A stretch of DNA of 64,000 bases from Phoronis australis (taxonomy: Eukaryota; Animalia; Phoronida): positions 1 through 64,000 of the forward strand of contig NMRA01000665.1 in the NCBI GenBank assembly GCA_002633005.1, in the 5' to 3' direction. A program made the position numbers and the translations under genes. The notes below the pieces were generated by a model that searched no databases, had not been told where the DNA came from, and saw only the letters and a list, made by a program, of their open reading frames with translations. Below, piece by piece: positions 22,196 through 34,255 of this stretch; the stretch's first letter is position 1, and every line of letters starts with the position of its first letter.

Positions 22196-24307
22196 ATGGA
22201 ACCCCAACTGGCCAAACAGAAGAAAGTTCGCGGTGCGCACAGAGGACTCATGACGAAGCTTATCGATCGTGCCACCCACTTCATGACTGCGACTCCATCG
22301 GACCCTGTTCCCGATCTGGAGAAAGTTCTCAACCAGATTCACGCCAAGAGAACTCAGTTAGAAATGCTCGATGCCAGCATTATCACCCTGCTTGATGGCG
22401 AGGATTCCATCGAGGACGAAGTCATCAGTACCGATGCGTCCATGTCCACTGTGCTGGAGACCATTTTCGACACGACTAGATTTATTGACCAAGTGAAGAC
22501 ACCCTCACCGACCCCAACCGCCACCCTGTCACCTGCTAGCCACCCGACTCGGACGGTACAACTACCCAAGCTGCAACTGCCTATTTTCTCTGGAGACCCA
22601 CTCCAGTGGCTGTCGTTTTCTGACTCATTTTGTGCTGCGGTCGACTCCGATTCTGGACTAGAACCAGTCCAAAAGTTACAGTACCTGCGTGCCCACATCG
22701 CCGGCGACGCCGCCAATGCCATCGCTGGCCTCCCACTGACGAACGCCAGTTACATAGAAGCCATGGACCTGCTTGCTGACAGGTATGGAAAATCCACTCT
22801 ATTGGTCAATGCTTATATGAAAGCTCTGTGGGAAATCAAACCCCCACAACCAACTAGTGCCAGCCTACGCCACTTTCGTGACACCCTTGAGACCTACATC
22901 CGGGGGCTGAGGACCCTGGGTAAAACAGAAGACTCCTATGGTGACCTCTTGGTGCCCATTATATTTGAGAAAATCCCTGGAGGTGTGAAAACACAGATTT
23001 GTAGAGATCATGGTCAAACTACCTGGATGCTGAACGACCTTCTTACGGCACTGTCCCGAGAGATTTCTGCCAGCATGGAAGGGGACTCTTCCATGGCCCT
23101 TTCAGGTGACGCACATTACACGTCCACTTCAAGTTTTGCAGTGAGAGACACACTGCGACCAGCGAAACATTTTCCTCAGAAGAAACATGTACACCCACCG
23201 ACCAGACGACCTTCGCCAAGATGTGCTTTTTGCAAACAGAGTCATGCGTCACACACCTGCAGAATCTTCAGCGACCCTATGAAGCGACTAGAGATTGTCC
23301 GCCGAGACCGTTTGTGTTTCAATTGTTTAGGTGCTCACCAGGCCAGGGACTGCCCGTCTATGAACACTTGCCGATCATGCCATCGCAAGCACCACACCAC
23401 GTTATGTGCCGCCTTTTCGCGAGAAAATTCGAAGCCCGACAACAGATCAGAAGCCAGCCAACCGAAAAACGAAGTCACGTCCACTACCTACCCACCGAGT
23501 ACTACTCGAGATGCCCAGGTGAACCTGGCACCCACAGCAGGGCCACTTTTGTTGAAGACTGCCGCTGCCACAATTGAGAGAGAGGGGCATTGGACTAAGG
23601 TAAATGTTTTATTTGATGAGGGTTCACAACGAACATTTCTAACTGTAAGGGCCGCCCAGCGCCTACATGTTGACACAGACCACGCTCCTAGAGAGACTAT
23701 CAACCTATCCACTTTCGGAGAGTCTGATGCACAACTCCAGATACTTCCAATGACTACATTCGAGCTGAAAACTCAACATGGTAACGTACAACTGTCTGCT
23801 GTCATTGTCCCAACAATTTCTACGCCAGTGAAGAATTACGTGCCAACTACTGTTAACTGCTTTGACTATTTACAATGTTTGCCCATTAACTCCCCTGCTG
23901 AATCGATGATTGAAATTGATTTGCTGATTGGTGCCGACCATTACTGGTCAATTGTTGGCGGCACCACAATCAGAGGTTCAGGACCAACGGCCGTCGCTTC
24001 CAAACTGGGGTACCTATTGTCAGGTCCCACCCGTCTACAATGCAATGGAACGCCGATCACTCATGCGAACATCACCTGCATGAAAATTCTCCAAGAGGAG
24101 CCAGACCCTGCCACCCAATACTGGGACCTTGAAACGATTGGAATCAAAGACCCTACGAGAGAGACGCCCTTTGATTTCAGTAGCTACATGTACCGTAACC
24201 ATGGTATTACTCACGATCCTGATGGAAAATACACTGCGAAATTACACGGAAAACGCAAAAAATTCTGGCTAAATATTCAGCTTTCTTGCGGCACGGGAGT
24301 GTCATGA
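22196..24307 (+). CDS. BEL/Pao gag plus aspartic protease polyprotein, 703 aa, truncated before RT
   Basis: DUF1759-type LPKLQLPIFSGDPLQW...KLQYL...LADRYG; three Cx2Cx3Hx4C knuckles; protease VLFDEGSQRTF and IDLLIGAD; stop codon lies inside the 3' LTR. Confidence 0.88.
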   Translation: MEPQLAKQKKVRGAHRGLMTKLIDRATHFMTATPSDPVPDLEKVLNQIHAKRTQLEMLDASIITLLDGEDSIEDEVISTDASMSTVLETIFDTTRFIDQVKTPSPTPTATLSPASHPTRTVQLPKLQLPIFSGDPLQWLSFSDSFCAAVDSDSGLEPVQKLQYLRAHIAGDAANAIAGLPLTNASYIEAMDLLADRYGKSTLLVNAYMKALWEIKPPQPTSASLRHFRDTLETYIRGLRTLGKTEDSYGDLLVPIIFEKIPGGVKTQICRDHGQTTWMLNDLLTALSREISASMEGDSSMALSGDAHYTSTSSFAVRDTLRPAKHFPQKKHVHPPTRRPSPRCAFCKQSHASHTCRIFSDPMKRLEIVRRDRLCFNCLGAHQARDCPSMNTCRSCHRKHHTTLCAAFSRENSKPDNRSEASQPKNEVTSTTYPPSTTRDAQVNLAPTAGPLLLKTAAATIEREGHWTKVNVLFDEGSQRTFLTVRAAQRLHVDTDHAPRETINLSTFGESDAQLQILPMTTFELKTQHGNVQLSAVIVPTISTPVKNYVPTTVNCFDYLQCLPINSPAESMIEIDLLIGADHYWSIVGGTTIRGSGPTAVASKLGYLLSGPTRLQCNGTPITHANITCMKILQEEPDPATQYWDLETIGIKDPTRETPFDFSSYMYRNHGITHDPDGKYTAKLHGKRKKFWLNIQLSCGTGVS

Positions 24308-24874
24308 AATCCGTGACATTCATGATACACATAATATAATTCTTAGCACGTTAGTTTGATAGTGTTATTACTTATTGATATTATTTCATTGCTAGCCAAT
24401 TGTTTGTGTTTATAGAAACTTGTTTTGGCTGTTAGCTGAGTCAGCGACCAACCCATCCGGTGCATCCACACATGTTTTGATGATCTCTGTAGTAAACAAG
24501 ATTGCGTAATGGTCATTCACAGAAACATTGCCTAAAGACAGCTGACCATTACCATATATGGCAAACACAACAGAGTAGTTCAGTTGATTGTTGTGGAAGT
24601 TTTTAGAGTTGCTTCCTGTTATTTTCCTGTAGAATATTGAATCATAAAGTTTGGTGCATGCAACCCACATATTTGTGACTTGTATATAAATCCGTTCACT
24701 TGTCTAATAAAGACAGTCCTCATCTTAAATTGCTACTGCCAGTTGCTTTACTAGTGTAATTGAGTGTTCCACACTTAGTTACTGAATACAACCATCTCAC
24801 TGACGGACCGAGACTGTCCACAACACAACACAACGCTGCTACTAAGTCGAGTTATTCTCCACTATTCTACTACA
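24300..24874 (+). repeat. BEL 3' LTR (575 bp, intact)
   Basis: TGTCATG...TACTACA followed by the TSD GAATA. Confidence 0.93.
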
Positions 24875-26831
24875 GAATATTAGGTATTCTGGAAAAACTG
24901 GCTAAAATCCATTTTCTAGACCCCCCCAAGTTAAAATGACATCATGGTTGAGAAAATCATTTCCTGAAATAAGCCCGGGCCCAGCGCGGAATTCAATAAA
25001 GTTCGGCCGTTGTGCTGTTGTTCTTTTATTGCCAATTCTCGCCGTTGTTGGCTGTACATCAATGCCGGAGACTTAACCAGTCGAGAAACGTTTAAACTAC
25101 TCTGCCATCAATGCTTACGTAATTTCTGGTTATTGTGGCACATTTTCTTACTCTGATATATGCATCTTAAATATTTTACTTACTTTTTTGTAAAAACGAT
25201 ATAAGAAATACCCACGAGGCGCTTACCTAAATTACAAACTTCAAAAAACATAGAATTAGCGGTGATGAACTTTCAGGCCTTTGAAATAATCAGTAAGCTT
25301 GATTTGCCCTACTACGTACGTGAAATATGGAATGCAAATTCCACAAGAGTAAAGGGCTCTACGCCAAAGCATCCAAACAACGGTTTTCAAAGATGGGATT
25401 GGATGGGCTTTTAACAGAGATGCTTTCCATAGACGTAAGAATCTCGCAAAATGCACTAGCACTCAAGAACACGCCAAATTACGCGAATCAAGGCAAGGGT
25501 TTCAAGAGTATTCTGGCGATCATTAAATAGCGAACCCTAGCAAAATAGCGGTGACGTAGGAAACAAAAAGTTCTTGCCGCAAGTCAGCTTCGCAATATGT
25601 CTTGGGTTTACGGGTCTCAGGCCTCTTCTTCAAACCGATAGTAAAAAGCTGTGCGAAAGTCGCACTTGTAATGCAAACTCTCGGTGTTTGACCATCTGAA
25701 ACGCAGTTATGTTGATCTAACCGTGTCTGGCATCGTAACCTAAAGGCAAGGTGTTACGTAACGAGGCTGGGACTAAAAATGATCTGACAGGTTTCAGCGC
25801 AGTTATCAATACTGAAAAGCAGAGGCCCGGGGGGTAAAAATCGAAGGAACGCTTTCTGAACTCACTCAGAGCTACACCACTTCCGATTTAAAGAACACTC
25901 GGCCCAGGGAACATCAAATAACTTGGACAGGATACATTTGCGAGCACCAAACTGCTAGAAAATCCGCCTTTGCAGATGCGATTTAATCCCCTGGAGAAAT
26001 TAGCAATTTAAAAGCTACAATGTTTGAATAAACTGGAATGCCTGGAATGTGTAATTCGGTATGCTGAACATTTTATTACCTTTTCATCAGAAAACTTGTC
26101 AGTGATAACGCCAAAACCATTTTCGCTACTGGCGACGTCTGTTTCAATAGAAACAATAGAGTTCAACTGTTAATTACTTCAAAGGGTTCAGGAAATATCT
26201 TATTCAAATTTTGGATTTTACAATTTCACCCTATCAGCTTTTGCATTTTGGTCGGGAACCTGGGGGCCGCGGTTTTGCCATCTGGGACGAATCCGGTTGA
26301 GTAAAACGCGGAGCCTGAAAATGTGTCAGTTGTGAGCGCCTTTTCAGAAAAATCGCCAGTAGTATATTTCAGTGGGGGCTGAATTTATCAAAGTTGCTGC
26401 ACATGTTTTTATAGGCCAAAAGTTCAATCTTAAAACAAGATTTGGTTGTCTAAACTTTCTATCAGGCAAATAATACAGCAAACCTTTTGCAGCTTATTTC
26501 TTTAAAAGTTTGAAGGGTAGAAATTTATCTCCGTCTCTCCCAACATTTTGTGTCCAGGGTGCTCGCCCTCCGCCACTGTCCCGCTAATTCCTAAGCCTAT
26601 ATAAGATAACGCTGATTATATATTCCGCCCATTCATGAAGGCAGAGCTCGTACAGTATGAACACGCACGTATGCTCCGAGAGTGGTTGACCTCCCAGTTT
26701 TATCGCAGAAACAAGTGATAGGCTTGGTGAAAACTTGGCAACAGTGTTAGCTGTGTACGCGCCTATACTAACAACCAAAACGGAACAAGTCCGCGAATCA
26801 ATAATACGTGTAAGAACGTTCTCCCTCCACC

Positions 26832-26918
26832 ATGAGTACGGAAGCCACGCAGTTGGAACCCGCAGACTTTGTCGTTATTGCCTTGCATTTCGTGGTGACA
26901 GTGGGCGTTGGATTATGG
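26832..26918 (+). CDS. SGLT-type SLC5 sodium/solute cotransporter, exon 1
   Basis: CCACCATG start; MSTEATQLEPADFVVIALHFVVTVGVGLW; donor GTAAGA. Confidence 0.88.
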
Positions 26919-28249
26919 GTAAGAGTTGTCGTTGATAGCTGCAAGTTAGTCAATTCCTACCACCAGCGTTAGAGATGTTTCATATGTTTAATTCAAGTCG
27001 ACTGCTAAGATCAAACATTCTGATCGTTATACAATGGGTGACCTAGAATAAATATGCGCGTGCATCAACACCGATGCATAACAAATTATCCACAACTCCG
27101 TCATCAATAAAAGCTTGCAGGCATTCGCGAATTGGTCACCCAAAGCCATGTGCATTCATGCTTAAAACTAGTATTCTCTTTTTGTGAACATCTGTGGCCG
27201 ATAGCAATTATGGTCCCATTTCGTCAGATTTCTGATCCCATCTCACTGGGGTAATCAAATATGCTTAGCCATGCAAAGTTGTGGTAGCTAAGCCAACCTC
27301 ATTGATATTTGTCAAGAGTTACCCCCAGGAAAGCAGATCCCACGAACCAAGAAGTTGCGGGGTCATAATTTTGGCAAACCTGGGTCGATCGTGTTCATTA
27401 CAAAAGTATTTAACTTAAATCTTTAGTCACTAAGTTCTTGAGTAAATCGTATCTCACTTCGAAAAGGTAAATGCTTTGACACACACCAACCGGCTGGAGG
27501 TCATCACTTCCGGGAATCGATTCTTACGCAATGGTAATAAAGCTTTGAAGCCACATTTTTTTCGGTAAGATTTTCATATTGTGGTCGCCACTAAAGGTAC
27601 CCCGCAGTGTACATGTATGAGGGCGGTCTGGTTGAGAGTGAACCTGCCTTTTTATTGGCGTGGTGTTGCAAGGTCTTGATTTCCTCGCGAGAGAGAACTC
27701 ATGGGTCTAGAAGCCGTGGGTTTTTTGTCATACGGTCAGTGGATTGGATATAATTATGAGTATTTAGACTGTCCAGTGAACTCCCTTCCTCGGGAACCCG
27801 TCTCCTTGAAATGTATGGTATTAGTCCATTTTCTGGAAAAGAGATCTTGGATTCCGTTTAAACTTAGAAATTGGTTTAAACTAAAACTATTAAAGCTGGA
27901 CAGATATTTTACCCAAAACCCAAACATTGCCGTTGGTAATGAAATTCACGTCAAGAATTATGCAAGATTCGAGTCTAGAATTATGTAAGATTCGCCACTC
28001 GATCTTCGGGATACTTCTCGGAACTCAACAGTTGTCGTGTTTTCAGTGGCTAATTGCCTTCCAAAATCCAGGGTAGAGAGAGTACTGCTGTCATGCGCAG
28101 TACATGGACTTGCGCATTATGGGAGTGACGTAAACAAATTCATGTATACTGCGCAGTTTCGTTTGTGGATTGCAGGTCCGTTTGTGGATTCCTAAAACAT
28201 AGATAGATAGGTAGATCTATAGATAGATAAATAGATAGGTAGGTGGATA

Positions 28250-30010
28250 GATATTTATTTATGCATTCATAATATAAATAGTCATGCATCTACGCAATCA
28301 AGTCGTTCCTACTTACTAAGCGCAAGTTAAAGTGACAAGAGTGGGACTTGTAGTAGTCAAAGGTAAACAACTAAACTTAGGTTTTACTAAGGCTATATAT
28401 GTATAATAGTCAATGATTACTTTCAAATATCAAGACAAGGCAAGAAGACTTTCAAAAGTCTAAGGAGCCGCTAGCACGAAGGTCACTTACATCTAGTTAG
28501 TCAAAAATAAACTAAATAGACCTATACGTTTCAACAATTTATCTCACTACATGAGCGAAACAACAACCTGTTTCTAGTATCAACAAAATGATTATCTATC
28601 TATGTAAAATGTGTACAAGGGACAAATATTTAAGTATTACAATATTCATGTAAAGTACCGATGCAATAATGGGAGGAACTAAAATAAGGACAAAGGAAAT
28701 AAGAACTACAGTACAACGAAAAAACTAAAAATAAAAAATGGCTAGGCAGGCGTAACTATGTGATTGAAGTCCATTACACAGCCCAGGCCAACCAGAATCA
28801 GCGGTGATAAGCAGGACACGTTTCTCTAATACTTAAAAATTCTAAAACTTAAACGGCTTTCTACTTTCAGAAAAATACACAATTTCACAAATCGCTTGAA
28901 ATCTATAGTTTTGTAGATATTTGGTTAAGTACACACACTTGTCAATAAGATCAATATAACCTTAAATTTGGTGCAGAACGGAATACTTATGTCGGCTGGT
29001 AGACCAATATTTGTAGAGTTATGTACGAAGTATTTGTGGAATTATCTGAAGATCAAATAGTAAATTGAAGGGTGGTGGTTAAATTGTGAACTAGACGAGT
29101 TGACCCGAATGGGTTCAATGTCTATTTTTTTCCTAGATAACAGACTGCCAATGAAAAAAAAATTAGTGTCAGAACAACATACTTGGCGAAATTTGATGGA
29201 ATTTCGATAAGTAAAAATTCAAGCCTCCAGCGTTTTGTGCCTTTCAATTACGTCTTAGATTACCAACGGATTTGATCTTTTAAAGTAAGAATACATTTAT
29301 GACTTATGAAGAGGCGTGATATGGCTAAAGTTTTCAGTCAAACTCCTAATTCCGAAAATCATTAAAAGATTTCCCAATTTTCGGTACTGTATCCATGTAT
29401 TCACCATTTTTGCTTGGTTTCGAATTGTTTGGCATTGAGACAAGACAGTAGTTAACGAATTTTCACAAAGTTTTGATTTTTTCAACAAACTTGTCTATTT
29501 CTAATCGACAAAATAAACTTTGAGAAAACCGGGGCTTTTCTTGGTTCACTGATAAAAATTTCTGCTATTATTGCTTCAGAATGCAACACGCAGGTTTGAG
29601 TTGTTAATTTTATTGTACACGGAACAAAGATTACGACACGTTTCGAAGTATCATACTCACAAGTATTTCTACCTTATATAAGAAGTCTTTTTTGGCTAAT
29701 AAAGAAATGACAGTTCTGTGCACATGGCTTCAAGAACAAACAAATTTCTAGTTCTTTCAAAACCCAGCGTGGAACTCACTCCTTATCTCAACAAGGAGCA
29801 GAATGCGACCACTTTTCAAATATACTTGTCATGACTCAGTACCGGTTCATACCAGCACCTTATCGACAAGTAGGTATTTAGTCACGCATCTTCAGCACAA
29901 AACTGAATTTTTTAATTTAGTAAAGTATAACTTTTCTGATAATAGAGGGCCCACAATATCGGATTTTTTAAAAACTTTTCACCGATCTGACATTAACCGA
30001 GTCGCGTGAC
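28250..30010 (-). mobile_element. Possible heavily decayed LINE remnant in SLC5 intron 1
   Basis: Broken minus-strand frames including SHITPLHKS (resembles the CR1/L2 ORF2 C-terminus), ending next to a (GATA)n-like tract at ~28200-28252. No RT core motif seen. Confidence 0.25.
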
Positions 30011-30435
30011 AATGTCTTTTAGTAAAAGTTAGCAAAAAAGAAAAAGTATATAATAGTAAAACAAAACATCAATAATATGACCAAATTTTATATGATGTGA
30101 ATGTTCAAGATAGAATCTCAAAAGCGCTGTTACATTTGTTCAAGTATCATTTCGCTTTCGTTTTGTGCAACTGTTGACTTTTTCATGAAAATCTTATGCA
30201 AATATGGATCATTTTAAAAACAATTCCTAGCAGCGTTTAGGAAAAATGTTGCATAAAGCATCGTGTGTGAAAATTTCATAGGAATCGAATCACTAGCCAG
30301 TTGTGAGGCATTCAGAGAAAATTATACATACATGTATTTGGACATTTTTTTGCGGTCCTACATGTATAAAACTTAAGCTCCTTGGTTAACTAGCCATCTT
30401 GATCAGCAGTGTTCATTTGTTTCGTTTTGTTTCAG

Positions 30436-30507
30436 GCAGCCTTCAAGGACAGCAGATCATCCTCCAAGAACTACTTTTTGGCAGGAAGGGATATGTCGTG
30501 GTGGCTG
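30436..30507 (+). CDS. SLC5 exon 2 (72 bp)
   Basis: AAFKDSRSSSKNYFLAGRDMSWWL; canonical AG/GT. Confidence 0.93.
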
Positions 30508-31137
30508 GTAAGATGACTACCGTTATTAGGCCGCGTAAACGCAGAATCATCCAATCACCAGCATTTTTAGATGTTAAAAACTCATTTCATTAGAGACGTA
30601 ATTTAGTTTAAAATGCAACGTTATGGCGCTTTTATTCTTTGTAAAGAAGTTCCAGAACTTTCTGCCGACAGCAATCCGTCTAGGTCTTCCTGTGCTTGGT
30701 TTCGAGATTATTCAAATATCTATTTTTTACAAGCTCAAATATCCAAACTCATAATCTGAGTAGTGTTATAGTATGGTGTGCATGTAGACGCTTGTAATAG
30801 GTACAGTGCAGCGTCAGTGAAAATCCGGCTATGGAAAACGCGTTTCAGTAATCGACTTGTTGTGCAAACTGGTGACCATGAATTAACTGGGATTAAGACG
30901 AAGAGCTGCATTCTATGCCAGCTGCCCAAGTGCCAGTAAGCCATAAGCACTCATGTCTCACGTCAATATACATGTACGGTATTAGACAAGAATAAACAAG
31001 CCTTAGTGGTATACGGATGTTTCACGAACCACTTTGCGGGTGATCGACAGTGAGCTGTTAGCATTAACGGCATGCAGCTGGCTCAGCTTCTAACTCTTCG
31101 TCTGCACCACGCCTAAACATTCTCATTTCTGTTTTAG

Positions 31138-31242
31138 GTTGGCATGTCCCTCTATGTGAGCAATATAGGTAGTTCTTCTTTCATCGGTGTTGCTGGAGCT
31201 GCGTCGTCAACTGGAATCGCCGTAATCACGTATGAACTCACG
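31138..31242 (+). CDS. SLC5 exon 3 (105 bp)
   Basis: VGMSLYVSNIGSSSFIGVAGAASSTGIAVITYELT; canonical AG/GT. Confidence 0.94.
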
Positions 31243-32244
31243 GTATGGGCGCCAACGCGGGTTACGCCGAAGCTGTAACTCATGTCGCTGCATTCTCTTT
31301 AGTGTTAAAATAGTAGCTCCAATATCTGCATACTTTCATGATGACGTCAATTCGCTGCAAATGGAATAACTGTAATAATAGGCCTACATTTTTGAGTTGC
31401 ACGAGTGACCAAGGTCCGGGTTCTGATCCGGATGGTGCTGCTCGAAGCCCAACCCCCATTCACATGGCACGCTTCAACTCAAAGCTTGCAAATTTGTATT
31501 TGAAAAATCGGCATGATTTGGTTAAGCTTCGGGCCTGACCCTGGCACTGATTTCCGCTGTGGTCTAATTGGGACTCAATACACATGAAAATTTTTATTGA
31601 TGTTATATAACACCGCCCTGTCCGACTCGCCATTAGACTGGCTTGAGGAATGTGTCGTTTAGACAAGCCTCTTCCGCCATCATACTCAGTGTGATATCCT
31701 GGATGTGACATGTTGACTTCTAAATTACTGTTCCAATTTTCCCACCGGCTCCTTATGCAACACGAGCTCAACTTGTCAACTTTCAAGTCATTGACCTGCT
31801 TCCTACAAGGAACGATATTGAATTCATTGGTGTATCCATATGTTAACACCGACGACAGCGACTACAGCAGTAGCATGATGCCTGGGGCAATTTCATATTG
31901 GGTATCCCTCTCTCTACTCAAATGCATATACCCTAGTACGAAGAAAAGTAAAAATGATAAACCTTAAAATAGAAACCTTATTCAATTTAACTACAAATCA
32001 GTCATAATTTCAGAAGGTTCATTCATAGTGATTCAGTGGATGCGCCCGATATGGATGCCCGGGGCCGGTGCCCCCTTGGCTGCAGGATGCTGAGCATCTG
32101 CAACAACAATCAGAACAGTGGTGACATCTGTCGGCATCTCAGTTCACATTTCAAACAAAGAAAACTGACTTTTGTTTTTCAACAACGTTTCCTACACTGT
32201 GCGGTAGCATAACTCAGTTTGACTGCACATGTGATTTTTTACAG

Positions 32245-32304
32245 GGTCTTTTCTGCATCCAGCTGCTCGGGTTTGTGTTCGTCCCAGTGTACATTGCGTC
32301 ACGA
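32245..32304 (+). CDS. SLC5 exon 4 (60 bp)
   Basis: GLFCIQLLGFVFVPVYIASR; canonical AG/GT. Confidence 0.93.
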
Positions 32305-32747
32305 GTAAGTTTTCCTTTCGCCTTTTTGCTGCAAGGGCTTTGACGTTTGTTTGCCGTGCAGAATTTCATATTCGGTTCCAGTGTAAGATATTCGCACTTC
32401 GATCCGTTTCAGTATCAGAGTCTTACCGTACAAGTGCACATGCGCGAACTTGTCTATGCCCGAAATAATTATATTACTTAGCGCATGCGCTTACTTTGAC
32501 TTACAGGCACAGACGGCTAATGTGTACATGCACAGTGTAAAAAAGAGGTCCCAGTTGAACACGAAAATTCGTAAAATATACCTTATAAATAAATCGTGGC
32601 GTTTACGTGTAAACCGTGATTCGACCACTTTGTACTCGTTGGAGGCAACTGAGGAATAAGACGATTGTTGTTAAAAATGTGTTTACATCTAATTACATCT
32701 AATAAGTTTAAGAATATGTAACGCCTGAAACGTTGGTATCCTTGCAG

Positions 32748-32852
32748 GTATACACTATGCCAGAATACACGAAGAAACGATTTAAAAGCAACCGATGCCA
32801 AATATTCTTGGCTGTGTACTCTCTAATATTGTTTGTGTTCACCAAACTATCG
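32748..32852 (+). CDS. SLC5 exon 5 (105 bp)
   Basis: [35 protein letters not shown]; canonical AG/GT. Confidence 0.94.
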
Positions 32853-33589
32853 GTACGTAGCTGCGTCTTTTGTATCATTATAATTTAGAATACACATGTT
32901 TGACAGCATTATTGAGACGGTCTCGTTCACTCGTCATTTTTTACCTTCACTTTATGCCCAGCGAACGAATTAATATCAATGCAATCATATTGAAATAATG
33001 AATTTAATTGAGTAGATTTTGTTATCCACTCAAAACTAAAACGTCCTGGAACAGTATGCATTTGTAGGTTATTGTTGGATGAGATACGCTTCGGGAAGTT
33101 AATTGTTAGCTTTGATCAGACCGATAAGACAAAAAGAAAACGCTTATGATTTTGTTTGAAGTCGGCAATTCTCGCCGTTGTCCGCCAGTCACTCGCTGAA
33201 AACAAGACCGGTGACTTTGCCAGTTTATTGCCCTTGAAATACTCTTCCATACAGGTACATGTACATGTATTTCGAGTGGGTTGAGCACCGCCAAGAGACA
33301 GAGCGTTTGACTGCAACTCCGGAGGTTCCAGGTTATCGCCGAGTCAGATCTAAGAAAATTGCTGAATCAATGGCAACATTATATTTCTTTTGAAACATTA
33401 ATACCAGTTGTAAGAACAATCATTGGAAATAAGTTTTGACTGGCTAAACCGGTTTGCGTTGAAGTTGGTTTCGTGCTTCGATCGTTAGTAAAATGAATCT
33501 GAAAGAGTGTCGTTTAGTCACAGGTTAACGTACAAGCGTTACACTAGTTTGTGCTCAGCTCTGACTGTTTGAACTGTTCTTGTGCATAG

Positions 33590-33695
33590 TCGGAAGTGTA
33601 TGCTGGCGCTCTCATCATCCAACTGACTCTGGGGTGGGACAAATACCTGTCAGTCCTGTTGTTGTTGGCAACCACGGCTATCTACACCATCCTAG
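33590..33695 (+). CDS. SLC5 exon 6 (106 bp)
   Basis: SEVYAGALIIQLTLGWDKYLSVLLLLATTAIYTIL(G); canonical AG/GT. Confidence 0.93.
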
Positions 33696-34119
33696 GTAAG
33701 GAAGTGTGGAAGGAAACGGAAACACGTGGCTAGTTGTGGTTTTTTNNNNNNNNNNNNNNNNNNNNNNNNNNNNNNNNNNNNNNNNNNNNNNNNNNNNNNN
33801 NNNNNNNNNNNNNNNNNNNNNNNNNNNNNNNNNNNNNNNNNNNNNNNNNNNNNAGTGAAGAAATGCACGAACAGTCTGTTTGAAAATTATGAGATATTGG
33901 GAAAACGGGCCGTTTAGTGGTTGTTACAGATAGTTGAACAATGCTTCTCTACATCGCCGCCCGCCCTTGATATTTCAATATTTCAAAACTTCATGTAATA
34001 GGACATGTACGGTACATTCGACCTGATGACACGCAGATATGCGCTGCAATACTTTCCTGCATGATACTTCGCCACTGTGACGTGATCACCTCTCTGCTGA
34101 TACTATTGTTTTCCTTTAG

Positions 34120-34255
34120 GTTCTGGTCCAGCGCCTATTGGCCGCCAAGAACACTATTCACGCCAAAGGAGGTAGTATTTTGGCAGGTTACTTCAAGATA
34201 CTTCCGCTGTTCCTGATGGTTTATCCTGGCATGATCAGCCGTGCACTCTTCCCAG
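34120..34255 (+). CDS. SLC5 exon 9 equivalent (136 bp)
   Basis: [45 protein letters not shown]. Confidence 0.94.

Larger units (their letters stand above)
18020..24874 (+). mobile_element. BEL/Pao LTR retrotransposon, internally deleted, 5' LTR split by a Gypsy insertion
   Basis: TG...CA LTRs; 5-bp TSD GAATA at 18015-18019 and 24875-24879; PBS; BEL-type gag and protease. Confidence 0.92.
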
